Assembly: GCA_046075565.1 (NCBI GenBank) | Contig: JBJTQJ010000029.1 | Coordinates: forward strand, 1-24,581 | Origin: Verrucomicrobiales bacterium | Lineage (GTDB): Bacteria; Verrucomicrobiota; Verrucomicrobiia; Verrucomicrobiales; SLCJ01 | DNA: 24,581 bases | Direction of reading: 5' to 3' | The notes under the pieces: model-generated | What the model was told of the DNA's origin: nothing | Databases searched by the model: none | What the model saw: only the letters and a program-made list of their open reading frames with translations | Program-made: the position numbers and the translations under genes | In this document: positions 17,429 through 24,581 of the stretch, piece after piece | Layout of the letters: each line of letters starts with the position of its first letter | Position numbering within the stretch: position 1 is the first letter of the stretch

Positions 17429-19315
17429 ATGATGGACGAACCGCCGATATTGCGGAAACTCCCGGCAGTCCCGATGCCCCCCCTCTCCTCTCCAGCCATT
17501 TCAGCCGCGATTCTCGCCGCGGTCCTCTTGGTTCCCGCACTGCGGGGAGCGGAAAGCGATATCGAACGCGCCAACCGCGAAGGGATCCTGCTCGTCGGTA
17601 ACAATGCGGACCCGAAAGCCATCGATCCCCAGCTTGTGACCGGCGTAGTTGAGAGCAAGGTAATCGCGGCATTGTTCGAAGGGCTGTGCGGCGACCACGA
17701 GAAGGACGACAACGCATGCACGCCCGGAGTCGCGAGCCGCTGGGAATCCAACGGGGATTACACCCAGTGGACCTTCCATCTCAATCCGGCGGCGAAGTGG
17801 TCGGATGGGGTTGAGATCACAAGCGAGGATTTCGTTTTTTCCTACCACCGGATGCTCCATCCGGATATGGCGGCTCCCTATGGGGAGATGCTGTATTTCC
17901 TCGAAGGTTCGGAAGACTACAACAAGGATCGCCGTGGCCGGATCCTCTTCCAACGCGCGGGCGTCCCGGGCATCGACTGGGAACAGATCAAGGAAGTGAA
18001 TTTCGAGGCGGAGAACGGTCTCGATAAGAAGAAAAAAGAGGAACTCGAAGCGCTGGCCGCCAATCCCGGAGCCTTCACTTGGCCGGCGGGCGTGCCAGAA
18101 GAAACCCGCAAGGCGATCATCGCGAGGATGCTCGAAATGCACGGCCAAGACCTCTGGGATCTGGCCAAGGTCGGAGTGATCGCCAAAGAAAAACACCTTC
18201 TCGAGCTGCGCTTGCGCGAGAAGACGCCCTTCCTTCCATCGATCACCCGGCATTACACCTGGTTCCCGGTGCCGAAACACATCATCTTGCAACACGGCCG
18301 ATTGCAAGACCGCTTCACCGAATGGACGAACCCGGAGAACATCCAGAGCAACGGCCCATTCAAACTGAAAAAATGGGCCATCAACCATGTGGTGGAAGTG
18401 GAAAAAAATCCAACCTATTGGGATGTGGCGAACGTCCGCTTGAACGGCATCCGCTTTTTTCCCACCGAGAATCCCTATACCGAAGGACGAGCATTCCTTT
18501 CCGGGCAGCTTCACACGACCTACATGTTGCCCGCCGATCAGATTCCCTGGATGAAAAAAAACCGCCCCGAGTGGTTGAAGATGGATCCCTATCTCGGCGT
18601 CTCCTTCTTGCGCATGAATACGACACGCAAGGGACTCGATGACCCGCGCGTCCGCCAGGCCATCGCCTTCGCCATTGATCGGGAGGCGATCTGCAAACAC
18701 ATCCTCGAGGGCTACACACCCGCCGACACCATCACGCCGCCCATGCAAGGCTATCGGTCACAACCGTTTGCGATTTACAATCCGGAAAAAGCCCGCGCTC
18801 TATTGGCCGAGGCCGGCTATCCGGGAGGAAAGGGGTTCCCCACCTACTCGATCATGATCGGAAGGATCACCACGAGGGCCACGGCGGAAGCACTGCAGGC
18901 GATGCTCCAGACCAACCTCGGCATCCGCGTGGAAATCCAGGGCATCGAATGGAGCGCGTTCATCAGTGCCATGCAGGCCTTGAACTTCGACATGGGCCTC
19001 TCCGGTTGGATCGGTGACTACCTCGATCCATCCACCTTCCTCTACATGTGGACGGAAGGGAACGGCAACAACAACACCGGTTGGCACGACAAAAAGTTCG
19101 AAGCCTTGCTCAAGGAGTCCGCCAATCGGCCCGACCCGGCATCACGGCTCGCCGGCTACATGGAAGCCGAGGGCATCTTCATGAACGCCATGCCTGTCGC
19201 TCCCATTGGTTGGCACTCGCGCAATTACCTCCACCACCCGTCCGCGAAAGGTTGGTATCCCCTGCTTCTCGACAACCACCCGTGGAAGAGCATGTATATC
19301 GAATCAACGCCCTGA
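17429..19315 (+). CDS. oppA: Oligopeptide ABC transporter substrate-binding protein (family 5); alternative start at 17474
   Basis: DP..IDPQ, LFEGL, PGVA..W, WTFHL...AKWSDG..IT..DF, SNGPFKL, D.RVRQA...AIDR, GWIGDY.DP.TFL. Confidence 0.92.
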   Translation: MMDEPPILRKLPAVPMPPLSSPAISAAILAAVLLVPALRGAESDIERANREGILLVGNNADPKAIDPQLVTGVVESKVIAALFEGLCGDHEKDDNACTPGVASRWESNGDYTQWTFHLNPAAKWSDGVEITSEDFVFSYHRMLHPDMAAPYGEMLYFLEGSEDYNKDRRGRILFQRAGVPGIDWEQIKEVNFEAENGLDKKKKEELEALAANPGAFTWPAGVPEETRKAIIARMLEMHGQDLWDLAKVGVIAKEKHLLELRLREKTPFLPSITRHYTWFPVPKHIILQHGRLQDRFTEWTNPENIQSNGPFKLKKWAINHVVEVEKNPTYWDVANVRLNGIRFFPTENPYTEGRAFLSGQLHTTYMLPADQIPWMKKNRPEWLKMDPYLGVSFLRMNTTRKGLDDPRVRQAIAFAIDREAICKHILEGYTPADTITPPMQGYRSQPFAIYNPEKARALLAEAGYPGGKGFPTYSIMIGRITTRATAEALQAMLQTNLGIRVEIQGIEWSAFISAMQALNFDMGLSGWIGDYLDPSTFLYMWTEGNGNNNTGWHDKKFEALLKESANRPDPASRLAGYMEAEGIFMNAMPVAPIGWHSRNYLHHPSAKGWYPLLLDNHPWKSMYIESTP

Positions 19316-19324
19316 CATCGCGCC

Positions 19325-20272
19325 ATGTCCAGCCGCCGCCATCCAGCCATCCGCAGCATCATCAGCCGTTCCCTCCAGGGGCTGATCGTGTTGTTCGTGC
19401 TGATGACGTTGACCTTCTTCCTTATCCGCGCCTTGCCGGGCGGGCCGTTCACCCAGGAGAAAGCGATACCGGCTCATATTCTCGAGAAGATCAAAGCCTA
19501 CTACGGTCTGGATCAACCGCTGCATGTTCAGTATTTCCGCAACTTGAAGAACCTGCTGCAAGGCGACCTCGCCTACAGCTTGCGTATGGAAGGCCGCCCG
19601 GTCGCCGACGTGATCTCCCAGGTCTTTCCCGTTTCGCTCACTCTCGGGATCGCGGCCATGACCTTCGCGATGACCCTTGGCATTCCCATCGGAGTGGTCG
19701 CGGCGGCACGACGAAATACCTGGATCGATCACGGTTCCATGGCTTTGGCGATGATCGGCATTTGCTTGCCCACGCTCGTGGTCGGGCCTCTTCTGGCCTG
19801 GTTCTTCGGCGTGTATCTCCATGTGCTTCCTGCCAGCGGATGGCCACCCATTTCCCCGACCGGCTGGGTCCTGCCCGCCGCCACGCTCGGTTTGGGCTAC
19901 GCCGCTTACCTGAGCCGGCTCACCCGGGCCGGCATGCTCGAGGTGCTGAGCCAGGATTTCATCCGCACGGCGAGGGCCAAAGGTCTGAGGGAAAAAACCG
20001 TGCTCGTGCGTCATGGCCTGCGCGGCGGCCTCATCCCCGTGGTTGCCTACCTCGGGCCCGCCTTCGCAGGCATCGTGAGCGGCTCCATCATCATCGAAAG
20101 CATCTTCATGGTCCCGGGCATGGGACTGCAACTCGTCAAAGCCATCGAGGCGCGTGATGCCCCAATGCTGCAAGGTCTCGTGCTGCTCTATGGCACCCTT
20201 ACCGTGGTGGCGAACCTCGCCGCCGACCTCCTGCAAATCTGGCTGAACCCGCGCCTGCGTTCCTCCACCTGA
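19325..20272 (+). CDS. oppB: Oligopeptide ABC transporter permease
   Basis: LPGGPF, YGLDQPL..QY, EAA-type loop LSQDFIRTARAKGL, IESIF..PGMG; multiple TM helices. Confidence 0.93.
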   Translation: MSSRRHPAIRSIISRSLQGLIVLFVLMTLTFFLIRALPGGPFTQEKAIPAHILEKIKAYYGLDQPLHVQYFRNLKNLLQGDLAYSLRMEGRPVADVISQVFPVSLTLGIAAMTFAMTLGIPIGVVAAARRNTWIDHGSMALAMIGICLPTLVVGPLLAWFFGVYLHVLPASGWPPISPTGWVLPAATLGLGYAAYLSRLTRAGMLEVLSQDFIRTARAKGLREKTVLVRHGLRGGLIPVVAYLGPAFAGIVSGSIIIESIFMVPGMGLQLVKAIEARDAPMLQGLVLLYGTLTVVANLAADLLQIWLNPRLRSST

Positions 20273-20275
20273 ACC

Positions 20276-21268
20276 ATGTCGTCCCCCGCTCTCCAGGAAA
20301 TCGAGAAAGGCTCATCGCTCTGGCATGACGCGTGGTTGCGCCTGCGCAAGAACCGCGCCGCCATCTTCTGCCTTGTCTTTCTTTTCTTCATCGCGAGCGC
20401 GTGCGTGATCCTGCCTGTTTTCACCATGCACCCCGGAGATCAGGGCATGCTGGCGAAAATGAGTTTCCTCAAGGATCCATCGCTGATGAGTCTGCCGGAC
20501 AAAAACCTGCCACCCAGTGCGGAGCATTGGTTCGGCACCGACCATCTCGGGCGCGACATCTTTTCCCGTGTTCTTTACGGCGGGCGGGTTTCCCTGCTCG
20601 TGGGTGTCGTTACCACGTGCGTCGCGCTGGTCATCGGGACCATCGTGGGAGCCACCGCCGGTTATACGGGCGGCCGCACCGATACCTTCCTCATGCGGCT
20701 GGTGGATATCCTCTACAGCCTGCCATTTCTAGTCATCGTTATCCTCCTCGCCACCGCCATGAAGCCGGTGACCGACGGGATGACCGACTGGGTGATCAAG
20801 AAAACGAGTTGGGACAGGAAAGCGGTCGAACCCGTCACCACTCTCGTTCCGCTCTTCATGGCCATCGGGGCGCTGTCATGGTTGAATCTTGCCCGTATCG
20901 TGCGATCACAGGTGCTGGATCTCGTGAAACGCGAGTTCGTCGAGGCGGCCCGATCGCTCGGCCTCGGCCATGTGCGCATTCTCTTCCGCCACATCCTTCC
21001 GAATGCCCTTGGTCCAGTGATTGTTTACACGACATTGACCGTGCCGGGTGTGATGTTGTTCGAAGCCGCCTTGTCGTTCCTCGGTCTGGGCATCAAACCC
21101 CCGAACAGCTCATGGGGCACGCTCATCCAGGAGGGCGCCGACCGCATGGTGTCGAATCCATGGCTGCTCGCCTTCCCCGCCCTCTTCTTCTCCTCCACCC
21201 TGCTCGCGTTGAATTTCCTCGGCGACGGTCTCCGCGATGCCCTCGATCCCAAATCATCCAAGGATTGA
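20276..21268 (+). CDS. oppC: Oligopeptide ABC transporter permease
   Basis: SLW.DAW.RL.KN, HWFGTD.LGRD..SR..YGGRVSL, EFVEAARSLG, RHILPN, LGDGLRDALDP. Confidence 0.93.
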   Translation: MSSPALQEIEKGSSLWHDAWLRLRKNRAAIFCLVFLFFIASACVILPVFTMHPGDQGMLAKMSFLKDPSLMSLPDKNLPPSAEHWFGTDHLGRDIFSRVLYGGRVSLLVGVVTTCVALVIGTIVGATAGYTGGRTDTFLMRLVDILYSLPFLVIVILLATAMKPVTDGMTDWVIKKTSWDRKAVEPVTTLVPLFMAIGALSWLNLARIVRSQVLDLVKREFVEAARSLGLGHVRILFRHILPNALGPVIVYTTLTVPGVMLFEAALSFLGLGIKPPNSSWGTLIQEGADRMVSNPWLLAFPALFFSSTLLALNFLGDGLRDALDPKSSKD

Positions 21269-21272
21269 TCCC

Positions 21273-22262
21273 ATGCCTTTGCTCGAAGTCCAGGACCTGG
21301 CTGTCCATTTCCACATGCGCGGTGGCATCGCCCGCGCGGTCGATGGCGTGTCTTTTTCCGTCGAACGCGGCCAGACCGTTGGCATCGTTGGTGAATCCGG
21401 TTCCGGAAAGTCGGTCACTTGTTATTCATTGCTCGGATTGATTCCCAAACCTCCCGGCGTCATCGCCGGAGGGCGGGCGCTCTTCGATGGGCAGGACCTC
21501 CTGAGCATGGACGAGGAATCCTTGCGCCGCACGCGCGGCAAAAAGGTCTCCATGATCTTCCAGGATCCGATGACCTCGCTCAACCCGTATCTGAAAATCG
21601 GGACCCAGGTGGTGGAGCCGCTCGGCCTGCACGAGGGTATCCGCGGGAAGGAAGCATGGAAGCGCGGCATCGCCGCCCTCGAGGAGGTCGGGATTCCCGA
21701 CGCGGCCAACCGCATGCACGCCTATCCGCATGAGTTTTCCGGCGGCATGAGGCAGCGGGTGATGATTGCCATGGCCTTGATTACGAAACCGGATTTGCTC
21801 ATCGCCGATGAACCAACTACCGCTCTCGACGTAACCGTGCAGCGTCAGGTGCTCGACTTGATCCGCAATCTCCAGCGCCAATCCGGCACCGCGGTCATCT
21901 TCATCACCCACGACTTGGCAGTGGTCAGCGAAATGTGCGAGATCGTCAACGTGATGTATGCCGGACGCATCGTCGAACGCGCTCCCGTGACGGAACTTTT
22001 CCGCGCCCCGGAGCACGCTTACACCCGCGCTCTTCAGAAATCCATCCCGGCCATGCATGCGCGGGGAGAGGAACTGCACACCATTCCAGGACTGCCGCCC
22101 GACTTGATGCGCCTGACCACCGGATGTGCGTTCAAAGCACGCAACACCCTTGGCGTAGCCTCAATGTGCCTCACCGACAGACGTCCCGAGTTGGTGGAAA
22201 TTTCCCCGGGTCATTGGGTGCAAGACTGCCCCGGCTGCCGGGCCAAGCTCACCAACCGCTGA
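21273..22262 (+). CDS. oppD: Oligopeptide ABC transporter ATP-binding protein
   Basis: Walker [31 protein letters not shown], Walker [18 protein letters not shown]. The ATG at 21273 lies 4 nt after the oppC stop. Confidence 0.95.
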   Translation: MPLLEVQDLAVHFHMRGGIARAVDGVSFSVERGQTVGIVGESGSGKSVTCYSLLGLIPKPPGVIAGGRALFDGQDLLSMDEESLRRTRGKKVSMIFQDPMTSLNPYLKIGTQVVEPLGLHEGIRGKEAWKRGIAALEEVGIPDAANRMHAYPHEFSGGMRQRVMIAMALITKPDLLIADEPTTALDVTVQRQVLDLIRNLQRQSGTAVIFITHDLAVVSEMCEIVNVMYAGRIVERAPVTELFRAPEHAYTRALQKSIPAMHARGEELHTIPGLPPDLMRLTTGCAFKARNTLGVASMCLTDRRPELVEISPGHWVQDCPGCRAKLTNR

Positions 22263-24084
22263 AGGTTGCGCGGATGATACAAGGCCCTTGTGCTGGGGAC
22301 GAACAAACGACCTGAACCTGACGGAGACCGGGATTGGGTGAATCCCACTCGCCGCCGGGCTTTTCCATCGAGACCACTTCGATCGAACTTCCGGGAGGCA
22401 GGTCAAGATCGAGATGCAGCGTTTTGCCGTTTTCGCGCAGACTGACCCGCTGCCCTTCGACGGTGGCCTCGGCCTTGATGTTCATCGTCCAGCGGATTTT
22501 GGTGCCCGGATCCTTCGCGTGAACCACATCTCCTATGGCGACGGACTTTTCCGCCCAAGCAACATGCCGGAATGCGCGTTCGCAGGATGACCCGAGAACC
22601 CCGGAGAAATCAATCACGGCCCCGGTCCCATCGGCGCGGAGAAGTTTCGCGAGTTGATCCGCACGATGAGCCTGACCGCCCACGGTCAGGGTATTGTGCC
22701 CATTATTGTTCAGACGGAACAATTTCCAGCGTTCTGAGTCTTGTTTGAAGTCCCAAAGCGAAAGGTCCATACTTTCGATGCGATAGTAGGGCTCGGCACG
22801 AAGCTCATGAGCCCACCGCACGCCCATGGCATCAAGGATAAACGCGCCGGCGTCCATGTGCCCGTGACTGACAGCTGCACCACCGGCTTTGATACCGAAA
22901 TAGGCTGCTTCGGGATTCTCCCACGAGGAACGCCAGTAGGCGACCGGATTTTCGCCGCGCCCGTGCCAATGCAATGGCAAGGGTTTGGATTCCATCGCCA
23001 AAGCCGACGGCCACCAACGGGCGACCAACGGATCCCAGATGCCAGGCTGGGTAACGGCTCCTTTGGATGCGGCCAGGTTTCTTCGTTCGTGAAACAGATA
23101 CCCGGCGTTCTTCTTCTCCCTTGCCATCCAGACCATGACCGGAGAACCGGCCTTGCCAGTCCCGCAGTCGGCGAAGTTGTGGAAATCGCCCGCAGGCCCG
23201 GAGGAATGGAGGTAAAAATCCGCCGATGCCAGCCAAGCGGGATTCCGGGCAACCCCTCCGTCGTCGCCGAACGCGCTGCGCAAGCCTTCGATGGTAAGAA
23301 CCTGATACATGGAGCCATAGTTCCAATAACCGGGTCCTTCGGGATAAACACCGTCCGGCTCGAGGGGAGCCACCCCCGCCGACATCGTCTCGCGGGCCTT
23401 GGCGATCAATTCCCGCATGATTTCGGGTTGTTCATCACCGATGGCGAGGGCACCGAGAAGAATACCTCCCCAGCAAACCTGGTTCCAGTTGTTGTGCATG
23501 ACGGGGAATCCCTTGCCGCGCCGGGCGAGGTCGAGGGCCGGTCGCAATCCTTTTGTTAGAATCGCATCGGCGATGGTTTCCCGCTCCGCTTTCGTCAATT
23601 CCTCCTGCAGCCAGTCGTAACCCACGGCGAGCGCGGCGGTCATTTCCGCGACATCAAGAAAGTGTGAAGGATTCCAGTCGGTGAACGAGGCGGCCGCCAA
23701 CATCTCATCAATGGCCCGCCGCCCACAACCGCTGGGACCACCCGTGCGGTGGGTGAAGGCGAGATGCACGACTGCCTTTGCCACCTCGCGGGAGACACTG
23801 AGAAGACGTTTGCCTTCCATCACCCGTTTGGCAGGTTCGGATTTCAGCAACTTCGCGGCCGAACCATGGATACTGGTCACCAGTTCTTCCGGGGTCAAGC
23901 CCGCCGATCGATCGCGCGCCAGGGCATCCCAATCTGCTTTCCGCAAAAGCAGGCGCGGATGTTCGGGAAGAAGATCGCGGGAAACGCTGTCGGCCAAGGC
24001 CCGGGTGATTTTTACCGGCATCAATCCGGCTCCCGAGGCCATGAGAAATCGATGGCAGAAGTTACGGCGAGGAATCGGATTCAT
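22249..24084 (-). CDS. Tat-exported heparinase II/III-like polysaccharide lyase family protein
   Basis: Twin-arginine signal PRRNFC; HPRLL, WNPSHFLDVAEM, GYDW, NNWNQVC, PDG.YPEG.GYW.YG, NFAD, HGHMDAG.F, HNTL. The 3' end overlaps oppD by 14 bp. Confidence 0.88.
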   Translation of the reverse strand: MNPIPRRNFCHRFLMASGAGLMPVKITRALADSVSRDLLPEHPRLLLRKADWDALARDRSAGLTPEELVTSIHGSAAKLLKSEPAKRVMEGKRLLSVSREVAKAVVHLAFTHRTGGPSGCGRRAIDEMLAAASFTDWNPSHFLDVAEMTAALAVGYDWLQEELTKAERETIADAILTKGLRPALDLARRGKGFPVMHNNWNQVCWGGILLGALAIGDEQPEIMRELIAKARETMSAGVAPLEPDGVYPEGPGYWNYGSMYQVLTIEGLRSAFGDDGGVARNPAWLASADFYLHSSGPAGDFHNFADCGTGKAGSPVMVWMAREKKNAGYLFHERRNLAASKGAVTQPGIWDPLVARWWPSALAMESKPLPLHWHGRGENPVAYWRSSWENPEAAYFGIKAGGAAVSHGHMDAGAFILDAMGVRWAHELRAEPYYRIESMDLSLWDFKQDSERWKLFRLNNNGHNTLTVGGQAHRADQLAKLLRADGTGAVIDFSGVLGSSCERAFRHVAWAEKSVAIGDVVHAKDPGTKIRWTMNIKAEATVEGQRVSLRENGKTLHLDLDLPPGSSIEVVSMEKPGGEWDSPNPGLRQVQVVCSSPAQGPCIIRATFSGW

Positions 24085-24240
24085 GGGCGGGGACGTTTGT
24101 CTCGCCACCTACGGCAAGCCGTTGGCAGGAGACTAGACGTTCTACGGCCCCGGACACGAGATTCTTTCCCCAGTCCAAGCTTTTGAACCTGCGGCCAAGC
24201 CCCATGCCGTTCACCGGGCACCAGAGTCAAGGAATTGAGA

Positions 24241-24307
24241 TCCGTTTCAGGGCAAGACCGGGCATACTTCGCCAAGGCTTCGAAGGCTTCAACGGTCTCG
24301 CAACGGA
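24241..24307. repeat. Nested inverted-repeat (REP-like) element
   Basis: TCCGTT 24241-24246 / AACGGA 24302-24307; AGACCG 24255-24260 / CGGTCT 24293-24298; core CTTCGCCAAGGCTTCGAAG 24267-24285. Confidence 0.45.
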
Positions 24308-24338
24308 CGTGAGGAGAATCGATTCGGGCAAAGCCAGT

Positions 24339-24479
24339 TTACTGCTGTTGGCGAAGTGCTTCTTCCTGACGGCGCCGCATTTCTTCCTGCTGCTGGCGGC
24401 GTTGCTCCTCCATTTGTTCGCGACGTGCCTCTTCCTGGCGACGCTGCATTTCCTCCTGCTGCTGGCAGCGTTGCTCTTC
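24339..24479 (-). CDS. C-terminal fragment of a Glu/Gln/Arg-rich helical repeat protein (two 23-aa units)
   Basis: EEQRCQQQEEMQRRQEEARREQM / EEQRRQQQEEMRRRQEEALRQQQ then TAA. The 69-nt units differ at several synonymous sites (GAA/GAG, CGT/CGC). No credible start. Confidence 0.65.
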   Translation of the reverse strand, partial: EEQRCQQQEEMQRRQEEARREQMEEQRRQQQEEMRRRQEEALRQQQ

Positions 24480-24480
24480 A

Positions 24481-24581
24481 CAGCACCACATCAGGCCGCA
24501 GCAGGTTGTAGCACGTGTACAGGCAGGCTGCAAAGCACTCCGGCTCCTTGGCCGACACAAACCAGCGCAGCAGCTCCTCCG
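24481..24581 (-). other. Fragment of eukaryotic-type clathrin heavy chain coding sequence
   Basis: Frame from 24579 reads [33 protein letters not shown] then TGA (24480-24478). It matches the remembered clathrin heavy chain segment AEELLQWF......[21 protein letters not shown], including C-x3-C-x3-C. Confidence 0.88.

Noticed and set aside
24339-24560. ORF-track 73-aa Cys-rich protein (MCRPRSR...[10 protein letters not shown]...) as a metal-binding or RiPP-like peptide
   Set aside because: Its Cys-rich half is the off-frame shadow of the CTG/GTG codons of the clathrin-like frame; only the Q/E/R half looks coding in this frame.

Overview
GC-rich bacterial chromosomal window. Gene content, codon style and the near absence of Shine-Dalgarno sites suggest Verrucomicrobiota; this is an inference. 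Most of it is cell-envelope and peptide-handling housekeeping. In order: a partial membrane protein and a DUF2167 gene (minus strand), an orphan opgH/mdoH glucosyltransferase, a hypothetical gene and a tandem-SH3 gene (minus), a thioester alpha-2-macroglobulin with its usual partner pbpC, tatA, an EEP nuclease/phosphatase, a TraB/GumN protein, an amidohydrolase, oppABCD without oppF, and a Tat-exported heparinase II/III-like lyase (minus). The clear anomaly is the last ~100 bp. On the minus strand, in a frame the ORF track misses, it encodes [33 protein letters not shown], which I recognise as the Cys-containing trimerisation region of eukaryotic clathrin heavy chain. It is joined, one base out of frame, to a Glu/Gln/Arg repeat tail. 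An assembly chimera with eukaryotic (possibly algal) DNA is the most likely explanation, but real transfer would be remarkable. Smaller oddities are a ~70-aa insertion in OppA, a rearranged Cys set in OppD, two related nested intergenic hairpins, two operator-like palindromes and a recurring promoter-like motif. I saw no CRISPR array, tRNA, rRNA or transposase.
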